DNA of 64,000 bases. It comes from the human T2T-CHM13v2.0 reference genome, Homo sapiens. How positions within the stretch are numbered: position 1 is the stretch's first letter; every line of letters begins with the position of its first letter. The notes beneath the pieces were generated by a model. The model was given only the letters and a program-made list of their open reading frames with translations, did no database searches and was not told the DNA's origin. The position numbers and the translations under genes are program-made. The DNA is taken from assembly GCF_009914755.1 (NCBI RefSeq), contig NC_060932.1; one strand, 5' to 3'. Positions 26,512 to 39,787 of this stretch are shown one piece after another.

Positions 26512-29500
26512 TGCTGGTCATGCCATCTATGACTCTAGGACAGTCTTGGGGGAATTTATGTCACTGTGAAACCTTCTGCTCTCTTTAGGCCCTGTCTGGA
26601 AAGACTTTTGGTCTCTACTTCTCTTTCATTCCTATGTGGCCATTAGAAGCACTAGGTATATAGTCATCTGTCTCTTTTCTGAGTTCCTAGAGCTGTCGAC
26701 ACCCCCTGTGACTGCTATAATTATACAGGTGTGGCCTGTGGACTGCTCTTTCCCAAGGCGAATGACTAGCTCTGTCTACCACTCTTCTTTCTTACTTGGT
26801 TAAGAGACCTCACTCTTACCTCCTCTGGCCTGTGTCATAGCACCAGCTTGCAGTCTCTTGTCAATCAGGGGTTACTAGAAAATACTTTCTTCTGTTTTTG
26901 AAAGGCTTAGGAAAAAAGCCACAAATTGGAAAATTTCAACCAAACATAGGAGATGTTGAAGGCATAGGCACCTATAAGTGCACATTGCAGAAGCTGATGG
27001 CGGAGGCCTGCATAGGAGTCAGGCATCTTGGGTTAGAGCTCACTGTTCACCATCAATTTGCTGAGTGGCCTTGGGCAACTTACTTCCCCTCTCTGGTCCT
27101 AACTTTACCCTGGATGGCTGAGAAGAGTTCTCAGGTCCCTTCCTGTTCTGATATTGAAAACTCTGAAGTTGGCACAAGTTTCTCTCCTACAAAGACCCAC
27201 AGAATGACCAGAAAGGACACATCCTGTGAGCCACAGCCTGCACTAGTGTTTTCCTCCTAAGTATTAAGAGGAATGCTCAAGCTTCTCATTCTGGCAGAAT
27301 CGTATGCCCACGCCGATGGATGTCAATTCTGGCATTTATTAGAATGCCGGTAAATCTTGAAGACAATAAATATCTCATTACTTTGCTGATGATGTGTCTT
27401 TAAGTGCTACTTCAAAATGCCCGTCTTTGCTGTGCTTGATTTATAACACAGACTCATTTTAATCTTGCAATCTTTCATTTTTTGTAAGCACTTTCTTGGA
27501 CCCTAATCAGATTTCTATACATTCCCTAGAGCAACTGGCAATGAGGCCAAAGAGGTATCCCAGGGATGGTGCCACCTTACATCCAGACAGGTTTGACATC
27601 TGATTTTCTGACCTGTGATTTCGACTTTAATATATCGACTTTAATATCAGGCAGGCCTGGATCAGTGTTCCATATCCCGTCTCTGTCAGGGGCTAGCTGG
27701 GTCATCTTAGACAAACTAACTTAACCTCTCTGAGCCTTAGTCCCCTCACCTGTGCAATGGGGATGATGGTTTCTTTGCAGATCTAAGGTAAAGAGGAAAT
27801 GAATTGACAGATGCAAAGCATCTATTCTGATGGCTGGAATAGAGGCGATGCCCAGGAAGTGGTGAACTAGGAAACTGATTATTACTCTGAAGAAAGAATT
27901 CAGAGCTCCTTCTCAGAAAGCCCTGGAGGCCAATGTCAGGGGTTGTAAATCAACTCCTCTTCTGTTTTAATACTGAATTAACAACCAGGCAGGGGGATAA
28001 ATGGAACATTTAAATATTTAAACCAAACATTTAATTTTTAAACATGAACATTCTTTTTATAACTTGGACTGCTCTTCAAGGCCTGTGGAAAATTCCCTGA
28101 GCCTCTACTGTTGGCCCTCCTTCATGGTTCATGCTAAAGAATGTTGCTAACCTTGGATGTCTCTGAACTTGACAGGGGATAATACATTTGTTTTATTCAG
28201 AAGAAATCACATTTGTGTCCTAATAAAGAGATTACTGACAAGTTTATTTAAAGAAAGGGGAATAAATATCTGTATAATAATAATAAAACTAAGTCTGATG
28301 AAACTGAAGAAAATTATATTTCATGTGACGCTCTTGATTCCTGCTTTCTGCTGGAAACTGTTCTTGGCTTTTATATTATTTATTTTAAATTGCACAAAAA
28401 ACTCTGCAAGGTTTCATTTATCATCATCTTTCTGTCCATAAGCAAACCGAGTTTAGATGGGGTTATAAAGCAACACAGCGTCGTGTGTTTTGGATGATGG
28501 ACGTGGATGCTCGGCCCAGCATTCATATACTCTTCTTCTTGCAAGAACCTCTGATTTTTGCTTGGAGATCCAGTCTCCTTTCCCTCTTTGCTGTTGTTTG
28601 TGGAACGAAATGCCAGTACTGCTTTTGTGTGTTCTAGATCCTATGACCTAGAACAGTGGCCACAGTGAATGGTTCAGGGACAAACATGTGAATGCATTAG
28701 AGCCAAGAGGTGCATGAGATGTTGCTGGGAGGTTGGAAGAGGGCATTGAGGCTGCTCTTGCTCATCTTACCACCAGGGAGGGTCTGCTGAGGAGGAGGCT
28801 GGTAGGAGCTGGAAGAAAGAGATGATAGCTAGTCTGGTTGAATCACTGAGATCATCATCTCCCTTTAAGTAAAGGAATTCCTCTCCTCTGCTCTTTAAGA
28901 CCTGTTTTTTTAAAATTTTTTTTTAGGTATTACTTTCACCTAATTAATTAATTAAATAATCTTCTCTGGAGCACCAATTATATTTTGAGTGCCCTGTAAG
29001 AGCCATGTATATCTAATCTGCTGCAGGTCTCACTAATCTCTGACTACAAAATATTACAGTACTTTCTGTTTATAACCAAATTACTGCATGAGCTCATCCT
29101 TCCTCATCTGGCTGATGTCTAAGCCAAGTATCCACAGGACATTGCCTGTTTTTGGGGCACAGTGCTCCTCTGAGGCTAATCAGTACCGAGTCCCATCTTG
29201 GCCTTGATAAAGGAGGCCACATCTCTATTCCCTCGTATACCTCCTCCAAATGTGCCACACACATTTCCATTGCAGTTGCAGGCAACTGTCCTTGGAGTCT
29301 AGGGGCCTAAACCCCATCTCATGGTCTCTTATGCAGTTGCTGTGTCCCCACTTGGCTCTGGCTTGCCCTGTAAGATGGCGGAAAGCATCCCCTAATCCTC
29401 CAACCAACCTCTTCTCAGGACCTCCAGGGATCTCTGAGTCTCTGGGCCAGCCCAGTGACTCCTGGGCCTCTGAGAGGCCTGAAGGTTGTTTTCAAAAGAA

Positions 29501-30247
29501 CAATGGGTGGGCACCTACCTAAACTTGCAAATCTATGACGATCCTTTCAGAACAAGGGGAGCAGTTTGTCCTATAGACAGCTCCCCAACCTAGAAGGCAG
29601 AAATCTCTTCAAAAATTTTAAGTGGCCATTTTGATAGCTTCAAAACAAAATCCAGAAGAAAAACCAAACCTAACCAAGCAGCAACAGACATAACTGCAAT
29701 AATGACTGGACAGCAATTCCAGTCCAGTTCCCACGGGCACCTTTGGATGGACACACACATGGCTTTAGGGATGGGACTTCCTTCTCCCACAATTCCTTCC
29801 CTCCTACTTACAGTCTGTCCTTCAATTCAGACTTCCACACCCAAGCACAGAGCCGCCTTCTGTGAGAATGTGATTTTTTTAAGTGAGTAATACTCCATTG
29901 TCTGTTATCAATCTTTGTTTTATTGCAGAAAATCTTTCATCTTAGCATCCGCCAGTGAGTTTTGGCATCTCTCTCCTGGCCTTTAGCACATTGGACCTTA
30001 GTTTTCTGCCTGACTTTTCTCCTCTACTCATCCTTAAGTGTCTTGAGGTAGGGACCCACCTTGCTGGTCTTGGGGATCCTCCTCGGGGCTGAACAGGATG
30101 TTCTGCCCTATTACCTACTCTGGGTTTAGAAGGAAGAGTCCTGGGTTTCTGTTCCAACCCTTCCGCATTTGAGCTGTGTGGCTGTGGGCAAATCACTCAC
30201 CTCTGGGAACTCTTATTTCCTCAGCTGTAAAACTAGGATAACATCAC

Positions 30248-30759
30248 TGTAGTAAAATGAAAAGTAGTTACTATTTTTCTTACTTCTCTACATTTGTATT
30301 CTTTGAAATGTGACTTTGCAATTTTTTCCTTCAATGTTGGTGTGTGTGTCCCTACCGCTATAGTTGGATCAGGCTTTTTGACTTGCTTTTGTTAGTGGAA
30401 TGCAGTGGAAATGACAGTGTGCCAGTTTGGAGTCTGAAACTCAAGAAGCCTTGCATGCTTCTTCTAGCCATCTTGGACCCTTGCTTCCTGCATGAGATTA
30501 AGCCCATGCCTCCATGCTGGAGAATGAGAGCCCACATGGAGCAGAGGCGAGTTATCCCCAGTGGAGCTGCCTTTGGCCAGCTAGCCCCCAGCTGACTTTG
30601 CAGACCACATATTAATGAGTGAATCCAATAAGAACAGAAAGCCTCTCAGCTAAGTCCAGTCTAAACTGCTAACCTGCAGAACCATGAGCTAAATAAATCA
30701 GGGTTTTAAGCCATTAAGCTTTGGAATGGTTTGTTATGCAGCAAAAACAAATGAATACA
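30248..30759 (+). mobile_element. MLT1H-like MaLR solo LTR inserted in a MIR
   Basis: aatgtgactttgc...ctcaagaagccttgcatgcttc...ttttaagccattaagctttggaatggtttgttatgcagca...gaataca. Confidence 0.8.
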
Positions 30760-31494
30760 TTCACTCACTTCAGATGATTGTGTGCATTAAGTGAGATAAT
30801 GTGTGCGAGCGCTTGGTAAACTTTGTAAACCTCACTGTCTGTCTTGCCTCACTCTCAAAGACCCCTCCTTACATCAGTGGAATCAGCCCCTCCTTCCTTA
30901 ATGCTGGAGACAGAGGGAGACCTGGCCACAGAAGCAGAATGACGTCATCACTTATTCCCTCTGATGCTTGGATTCAACTTCTCCATCTAATGAAATTTCA
31001 GACCTTCTGCCAACCACAGACTCTAGTAGTTTCTCAACCCTTAATATTTGCCTTGTTGGACTGATTTCCTTAGTAGAATGAAAACACTTCCAAAAGGGCA
31101 GCCCAGAGAGTTTTGTTCAAGTTTCCAAGTTCCAACTAGCCAGTTGTGGAAGCTTGGACTAGCTCTCCAAGGCTCAGTTTCCTCATATGCAGAAATGGGT
31201 CCAAGCTTCTTATCAATCCCTCATAGGAGTGTCCTGGGAATCATGTGATAATTATGTATGTGAAAGCACTTTTTAACTAGAAAGCCCTATAAAAATTCAC
31301 AGTATTAATTGTCCATTCTACAAATATTTACTGAGTGCTGCTGTCTCCAGGCACTGTCCTAGAAGCTTGGAGTACATCTGAGAATGAAGTAGACAGCCAC
31401 CCCTGGCCTTATGTGCTCACACTATCATTATTTGGGCTTTCCCAGTCCTGCTGTGACCTCAGTTCTCAATGTGACTTTCACCAGAATTTACCTT

Positions 31495-31960
31495 TGTCTT
31501 AATATGGGTTTCTTAGAAAACAGAGCCTGAGGCAAAACACATATGCTAAGGCTTTATTGGCGAATAAGATCTCAGAGAAGAAAGACTGGAGGTAAAAGGG
31601 AAACTGAGGCAGGGATAGAGGGAAAACACATATAAGGTGAGGCACTGAGCTGCCCACAGCTTCACAAGAAATCCAGTCATTTGCTGGGTCATGTAGGACA
31701 TCTTTGAGAGGGCCACACAGAAACATTGCATCTTGAAAGAGTCCATTCAGAGAAGAAAGGGGATAAAATTCTTGCTTTTTCCTGTCTCCCATCTCTAAAT
31801 GGTCACAGGTCACCCAGTAGGAGTTAATTCTCCAGCACTGCTGAGTTTCGTTAACCGATTCTCTGGAAAGCAAGGCCCACCATAGCAGTGGTAATGGTGA
31901 TTGGGTGTGAGCCAAACATTCCCAGCCAGCCTGCAGCCTAATGGACATAGCTGGGTGAGC
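31495..31960 (-). mobile_element. ERVL LTR (LTR16/LTR41-like)
   Basis: tgtcttaatatgggtttcttagaaaacagagcctgaggcaa...ctttattgg resembles an ERVL LTR 3' end in reverse. Confidence 0.55.
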
Positions 31961-33296
31961 TGGAGAGTATGAAAGGGGCTGTCAAATGTTTTGCACCTTA
32001 GTGTTGACAAAGCTCTGCATATGAGGCAAGAGGCTGGTGGTACGAGGCATGAGGCAGGGCACTACTGGGTCAAGCCACATGACATGGGGGGCCATGGTGG
32101 CAGAAGGTCTGGCTGGTTAAGCCAGGGGAGGGGTTGACAACAGGATTGCTTCTGTAAGGCTAGTAAGGAGCACACAGCCTCTCTCTATGGAAATCTTCTC
32201 TTTTGATCTCCAAGAATATGACTGGTGGCAGGTGATCTTCCTCGAGGCAAAGCATGGCTGAGCCAATTGGGGAAGGGGCATGAAGAGGATCTGGTAAGCC
32301 TTTAAGGACTCCTTTGAACAGAAAGTAAAGCTTGGTGTAGCAGGAGGAATGGCTGCAAGCTAGAAATCCTGGGTCCTACTCTTCTATTAACTTGCTTTGT
32401 AACCTTGTGCACATTTCTGAACTTCTCTGTGCCCCAATTTCCCATGTGTGAAATGAGAGTTGTGTCCAGGCAGAGCCCTTTGCAGCTCTTCTGTGCTGGA
32501 GCCCTAGGGCTTTATGCAGATGAAAAGTCATCCTTCCTTAGCCCCTGCCTGTGTCCCTTGTTCTGCATGTACAGGGATTAAAGCAGGCCAAAGGAGAGGC
32601 AGGCTCACTAGGAGGGAGTCACAGAGGGTAATGAATAGCCAAGGTCATGGACAACTTCACTCCTTCCAGCATTGTTACAGTCCAAGTTAAATATAGCCAT
32701 CCAAGACTTCCATACAACGCTGACCAACTGCAACTATTTAACACATCCTGCGGTGGAAGAAACAGCTGCCAATCACCAGCAATCATCAGCAGTGACTCTG
32801 TGAAGAAAGCTGAGGGCAAAATTTCACTGGTGTCAACATTCTCAGCCAGCATCTTTAATGACTCAGAAATGCCTGGAGCCCTGCTGACTGTATGTTTGAA
32901 TGAGACTATTATTTATGAGACTACTGGGTCCTTTACCTTTTTAACTTTCTGATGGGTCAAACCTGCCAAAACATGACTCCAGAAGCATTTTGAGCAAGTA
33001 ATTATTTTTTCCAGAAGAGCTAATATCATTGATTAATAACTATTCTGTATTCACTCTGTGTCGGGCACACATTTTGATGTGCATCTCTCCTTTCACCTTC
33101 ACAACAACTCTACAAAAGTGGGCCCTGATTTCTCCTCACTGTATAGATGAGGAGCCTGAGATTCATAGAGGTTAAACAATGTGCCCAGGTTCACCCAGCA
33201 ACAAAGTGAAGAACTCAGGATACAGAATCCAAGCTTCTAACCGTTTTCTCATCACCAACACTCTAAATATAGAACTGCTGATCATAGGATGATCAG

Positions 33297-33426
33297 TAGG
33301 GTGATCACAGAGCTTGTCATCCAAACCAGTACACTCTTGGGAATAAAGGGGGAAGCTATTATTACCCCAGTGTAACAGGAGTAAACCAGAACTGCCCCTG
33401 GCAAACAGGGACATCTGGTCACCCTA
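33297..33426. mobile_element. MER94 (hAT-Blackjack MITE)
   Basis: TIRs tagggtgatca...tggtcacccta; ~130 bp; internal ggcaaacagggacat. Confidence 0.85.
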
Positions 33427-35799
33427 GAACCTAGGTAGAGGGAGTCAAGTAAAAGCTGGAGTCAGTCTTTGTGATCTTATTCCTCCTTCTTATACCCCAT
33501 CTGGGATTAGTGCCAGGCATTTAAGACCTGTCTCTTACTGAAACCATTGTAACTGACATAAATGTGAAGATCATCGTAAACTGTAAAACACTACAGATTG
33601 AGTTAACACATGCAAATTCCCATTGATTAAAATTGGTTATTTGTTTGGCATGGTGACAGCACTTTACTTGTGTTATTTCATCTTTGCAACAGCCCTGAGT
33701 CCATACTTTATTAAATTCGGCAGATACAGAAACTGGGGCCAAGCCAAGCTAAAGTGGAACAAAGGGGAGAACAGCACGGTTTGAGACAGATGGTTTTCTG
33801 TGCAAACATCTAGTGCACGTTGTCTGCATACCTTGCCTTATTAGAGGGGACTATTATGCTTAAGCAGAATCCCTGGAAGAGAAATGGTGGTTCTGCCTCC
33901 TCACCCCATCCTGGATCTCAGTTTCATAGAGTGCTACATCCCTGACCTGTCAGTGGTACAGACATTAAATGATCAGCCTTCCCCCACTGATGTGCTGGTG
34001 ATCATTCCTTGTCTTTCCTGGGAAACCTCGTGCTGGGACTCTGCAGGTCAGCTGTGAGGGTTTTGAATGCTCTAATATAGCAGGGAGACTTTTGGGAAAG
34101 GGTGGGGAGCTACTGCAGTGTCCTTCAAACATTCCACGTGTGGGAGGCGGCACTAGGTTTTAGAAAAAGTGAGAGGTTCTGAGTGTGGGGAGCTGGTTGC
34201 TCTAATGTTAGAGCTGGTTCCAGCTCTAATGGGCTCTGTGGTCTTGCAATCATGTTCCTTCCTTGGGCCTCAGGAACATGAAGCCCTACCTTCATACAGC
34301 ATTTGGGCAAGAGCTATAAATATGTTCATAGCCTTCGACTCCAGAATTCTTTTTCTGATAATTCACCCCAAAGAGCTAATTCTAAGTACAGAAGTGGTTT
34401 CCTGCAGAGAGAGGAGGAGGAGGCCCACAGCGTCGAGGAGTGCAGAGGGCCCAGCGATCTGGGTGAGAGGGTCCTGGTGCAGCAGAAACAAAATGGGCCC
34501 AGGGGCCGGACTGACATGGTTTTGACTTTCACTCTGCCCTTGATGATAACTGTGAGATAGTGGGCAGGTCACTTCACCTCCGTGGGACTATTTCCTACAC
34601 ATATAAAAAGGAGATAATGATGCCTTTTTCCTAGGGTTGTTGAAAGGATAAGTGGGATTATTGATTGATTAATATTTATCTTCACCAAGTATTTGAGGTA
34701 TTCTATTAAAATTTATATAATAAAACAGAGAAAACATAAAGTAGAGAGATAAGGTTGAATGAAAAAACGATATAAACACGCAAGCCTAGGGATTCCAAAG
34801 AGTCGTGAGATTTGGGTCATGACATGGGTTGTTCTCTGCCTGTTTTTCAGTGTGAATGAGGAAGCATCATCCATGACTTGGGTCCTTTCATCCTTAATTC
34901 TGAGGGGCACATAACACACAAGAAGGTCCCTGTACAGAACTGGTGTCCGCTGATACGTTTTATTCCCTTTCCCCTACCTGGCGGATAAATATCTTGTGAC
35001 CACTGGCTCATTTGTAATAGACTAGGTTTTTGTGGCTTACAGCTAGAGAGGACACACAATGAGGCAGGGGGCCTTGGGAGGGTCCCCGTGGTCTGTTTTT
35101 GGCCTCTTTTCTTAGCTGAGCCAACGAGGATGCCCAACAGAGAAGCTGGCCTCACCTCCCACAAAGAGGAAGATTAGGATGTGGGGCTGTATTTGTTTTT
35201 ACATGTTGCAGTTCCCATTGACAGAGCCCTCACTCTGTGTCAGGCACTAAGCTGAACAAGCATCCTTGCTCACCTTTCTTACACCAACCCTTTGAAAGAG
35301 ACAATTTTATCACTCTCATTATGTAAGTAGAAAATGGAGGCTCAAAGAGCTTAAATAACACATTAAGGTTTCACTGAGTTGGACTTCTCGTCCAGGATTC
35401 TCTGGTCTGTGGACCTTATACTTAGCATTTCAGCTGCACTGTCTGCCTCCTTTATGTGTTAATTTGATGAAGGTGGGAAAGTGAGTTTTATGGATAGCAT
35501 CTCTTTTGAGTTTCTAACCTACCCTCTAGAGAGAAAAGAACCACTTGTGCATAATACATTTTACCAGTGACCTAAGAGTAATCTCTCTGTTCATACTACA
35601 GATGGTTATTGTCCTATTTATTCAGCTTCTGAGAATATAGCAACAAATAAAACAGACCAAATTCCTGCTCTTTAAGAAACCTGGATTATATTGAAGGCAC
35701 TTATGGATTTCAGGAAAAGACATTCTTGTCCATTGCTACTTAGGAAATATCCATAGCTCTTGTTTTCTTTGCACCACAACCTCCATTCCCACTCTGGCT

Positions 35800-36065
35800 G
35801 TGGGAATAATATTAATTATCTCCTGTTGATCACCTACTGTGTCTCAGGAAATCTAGTAGGGACTTTCTACATACTATCTCGCTTAAAATACCACAATGAT
35901 CCTGCAAGAAAGGTAAACCTTCTTGGCCTTTTTAAAGGGCAAACTAAGGCACAGAGAGGTTGGGTACTTGCCTCAGGTCACACAGTGGTGACTGGGAGAG
36001 CTTTGGCTGGAATTTATAGATCCGGCTGAATCTAAGGACCATGCCTTCTCTGTTATACCATGGTA
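35800..36065 (-). mobile_element. MIR
   Basis: aaactaaggcacagagaggttgggtacttgcctcaggtcacacag. Confidence 0.75.
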
Positions 36066-36910
36066 CCTTCATCCAGACTGGTCTGAGCACTGCTGGAGTT
36101 GGGTAAGTAGCCTTTCTTCTTGGGACTTCAATCATCCCTTCTATGAAATAGTGGAACTTGACAATGATTTATCAGGTGCTTCTAAGTTAGCTGTTCTCTG
36201 ATGGTGGATCTTTGAGATAGGCAAAGCTGGGAGCTCCAAGGGATGCCTGAAGCTTCAGAAAAGGCTTTTCTGGTTAGAGAAGTGGAAAAACTTGGTTCTT
36301 TTAAAGCCAACCTGGGCCACCTATTCCCAGAAAGTGGAGGAAGTTATAACCCCTGCCACGAAGAGGCCTAAGGTCCACAGAATGCAGGAGATTTTCTACC
36401 TTTCTGTTCAGATCATCCCACATTTGGAATTCAGTCAGCTACCTGACAACTCAGGTAGAGATGGAACAGCCATCACCCAGGTAACCACAAAGCCAGCTTT
36501 ATTGGAAGTGACTCGTGGATCCTATTAAAATTACTCAACTTTTGTGTTTGTTGTGACCTAATATGAACCATGCATCTAATTAAAACTAGTTAGGGAGGTG
36601 ACTGCATGTTTGAAGAACTAAACCTGGAAAGTAGCAAAATAAAGCTGCTTCCACCTCTTCAGCAGCCTTGAAGATACCCTGGAGAATGAGAGGAGAGAGG
36701 GAAAATTTTCCATCCATGTGCAGCTTCAGGACATTTGCATAAAAATGTTTTTATTGATTTTATCAAATCTGTTTTGTTTTCCTTGAGGTACTAAAATAGT
36801 AATCCAAAAAAGGGCTCCAATTTCGACATGAGTCAGGCCTGGAACTGAATCCTGTCTCTGTCATCACCAGCTGTGTGTGACAATAGTAGTTAAGGTGACA
36901 CTAGCTGCTA

Positions 36911-37791
36911 TGTCGCAGGTTGATTGCAAAGATGATTCCAATTCCCAGCCTCTCTCAATGTGACCTGGCTGCTTCTCCAGTGAAGAGAATGGACTACTAT
37001 TTCCTCACTCCATGAATTCGGTTGGCCTTGTGACTTGGTCTGGTGAATAAAATGTGGCAGGAGTGACACTGGTGAATTCCAAGCCTAGCCATCAAGAGGC
37101 CATGTGTGCTCTTGCCACTGCCATGAGAACCAACCTGGGTTAACCTGCTGGAGTATGAGAGACCACATGGAGTGAAGTGAAATAACCCTCAGCCAAGCCA
37201 TTCTAGACCAGCTATCCCACTGTCAACCTGGCAATTGACTTCAGATGAATGACTGAGCCCAGCTGAGGTCAAATAATGCCAAGCCAAGACAAGCAAAACT
37301 GCCCTCATGACCCATTGATTTGTGAGCTATAATTAATGGTGGTGGTTTTAAGCCACTGTCCTAGTCATTCCAGGCTTCTTTAACATGAAACTATAGACTG
37401 GGTGGCTTAAACAATAGGGATTATTATTATTTTCTTATAGTTTCAGAAACTAGAAGTTTTAGAAGTCCAAGATCAGGATGTCAGCAGGGTTAGGTTCTGG
37501 TGACAGCTCTCTTCCTGGTTTGCTTCCTTCTTGCTGTATCCTCAGGTGGTGGAGAGCAGAAACAGAGAGCAAACTCTCTGGTGTCCCTTCCTATAAGGGC
37601 ATTAATCTCATAATGAGGACTCTACTCTAATAACCTAATTATCTCCCAAAGGCCTCACTTCCAAATAGCACCATGTTGGGGATTAGGGTTTTAACATATA
37701 AATTGAAGGGAGGGACATAAATTTGTATGAAGTTTGTAGAGGCCACTAAGTCTAGAAGTTGTTTGTTTCATAGAAATAGCTAACTGATATA
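36911..37791 (+). mobile_element. MLT1H-like LTR, middle layer, interrupted by MLT1A
   Basis: tgtcgcagg...ttttaagccac|taagtctag...agctaactgatata; TSD tgcta (36906-36910) / tacta (37792-37796). Confidence 0.8.
37357..37741 (-). mobile_element. MLT1A0/A-like LTR, innermost layer
   Basis: tgtcctagtc...tagactgggtggcttaaacaa...aagtccaagatcagg...taacctaattatctcccaaaggcc; TSD gccac at 37352-37356 and 37742-37746. Confidence 0.88.
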
Positions 37792-39289
37792 TACTATCAT
37801 GAATAAACTTCCAAATCTCAGTGGTTTAACACAGTGAACACTTATGTTTTTCTCACGTGACATTTGATTGGTAGAACTCCCTACAGCATGTAGATAGTCA
37901 GAAGCTGAAGCTGGAGGATTTCAATGTTGCCCTGAGAACTCAGGGAAGAAGATGGCAGGGGACAAAGAATGGATGACTGAGAAGCATTTTGATGGGTGGC
38001 ACCTGTGTGTGCTCTCCCCACATCTTTTATTGCCTAAGTCATGTTACAATCATATTACCTAAGTTTTACAATGCAGGTATATAATGGCATTGTTTCCATT
38101 TTATAGCTAAGGATACTGAGGCAAAGAGAGCTTAAAATAATTAGCTGAAGGTCCACAGCCACCTGCTGGAACATTAATTGGCCTTGTTCCAAAGTTTTGC
38201 ATCGTTATGCCTCTCTAAACATAGCTTGGCTGGGCTTTGGGCCTCACCCAGTGTATCTCAAAGAAAGAAGGGAGAAAAGTACATATTCCTGTCTCTCTCC
38301 TATAAACAGGTAAGGAGCAGTTATCTGAATTCTGTTCATAGGACCTGAGAACTTTGAATCTGTAATGCTTTCTACAGATTAATAATTAACACTTGTAGAA
38401 ATTAACATTTCTACAAGTAGTGTATAGGAAGATGTTATTTTATTAATCACTGCTCATTCTTAATGAAGTAATAAGGTGAACTAAGTGACCATCTGAGCTT
38501 CTGATAAGATAAAATGCTAGACTCCAACGTGAGACTTCTTAGAGCCACAGTTTCCAATCTCATCGGGGGCAATTTGGTTTTCTTCCCTTTGTCAGAAAAA
38601 ATAATATTGGAGCCCACAGCTGGCTTGGCACAGAGCTGGGATTTACCCCTAGGTCTGCCTGGCTCTAAGCCTTTGGTCTTCTAACTCTATTGCACTGGAC
38701 TTTTGTTAGCTTGCACCCTGAGAAATGGCTGCCCTGGGGCATCAAAGTTATCTTGGTTTGCTTTCATAACACTGTCTTCCTGAGAAGTGTATGGGTGGTG
38801 GGAAAGGCATTTCAGAAAAGTTGCTATTGGTTTGCAGAATGATGTTGGCAATGACTTGTAAAATGATCTAACAGTTGAAGGAATCTGGGTCACCTTAGTA
38901 ATAGAGAAGGGGCTAGGTGATTTGCTGCAAAGTTCTTGTAATTCTCAAATGTTTAATGAATTCAACTATCTAGCCAGGGAAGGGCAAACAGCCAGTTCTG
39001 TTTCTCTCTTACCCTTGTTTCTTAGATTGCTTCTTCCTGAACCTTCCACCAGAAAACAATCACTTCTACCACAGTTAGTTGGGGCTGGAGGTGAGAGTGG
39101 GTGGAATAAACTAGAAAGTTTCTCTACACATGTTGTTCTAAATTTAGTCTCATCTGTAGCTCTTATTCCTCATTAATGGCTCTCCAACAATGTTCCTGAG
39201 AGGGAAGAAGGTTGCAGGGACTCATTGTTCCACTTTGCAGTTATCTGTAACTGCAAAAATCTGTATCTGAGAAAGCAGTGCTCAGGCTT

Positions 39290-39422
39290 CAGGTGGCTTT
39301 ATAATCTTTCCTTCAAACAGGAATACCTTTAAAAGTGAAAAAGAGTATTGATACCAATTATGTTAGGACAACAAGCATAAACTAGGACTGTCCTGGACAA
39401 GGCAGGAATTAGGATCACCCTA
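39290..39422. mobile_element. MER94 (degraded second copy)
   Basis: ggacaacaagcataaactaggactgtcctggacaa...atcacccta; similar to the copy at 33297. Confidence 0.65.
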
Positions 39423-39787
39423 TTCACTGTGGGCTTCCCTGGGGCTATAACTGTGATACCCTCTTGAGAAACAAGGGCATACCTCAGATTTAAAATCAGC
39501 TCTGCTGGGATGGGTTGGAAAGTACTCTGGATATGGAGTCAGACCTAATGCCTACTTAGGTACTTGGCAAGTCACTTATCACCAGTGAGTCTTGCTTTCT
39601 TTATCTATAAAATGGTATATATATTTATCCCCACATCAAAATATATTCTCAAGATTAAGTGACAGGAGCTGAGAAAAGATTGCATAAATGTAGTTTCTCT
39701 CCAAATATTGTGTCCCATCCTGAAGTCCTCTTCCACAAGTTTTATTGCTCTTTTTACTTTTCTAAATTCCTTTGGCATTTTCCATAA

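Larger units (their letters stand above)
36875..38060 (-). mobile_element. Old MLT1 (J/K-like) LTR, outermost layer of a nested cluster
   Basis: agttaaggtgacactagctgcta resumes after 37796 as tcatgaataaacttccaaatctcagtggtttaacacag. Confidence 0.6.

Noticed and set aside
31499-31948. 149-aa minus-strand ORF
   Set aside because: It lies within an ERVL LTR relic and shows no domain similarity.
38391-38425. atttctac...gtag resembles a Cas12a direct-repeat stem
   Set aside because: Single copy in primate DNA with no spacers or cas genes; no CRISPR array exists in the window.
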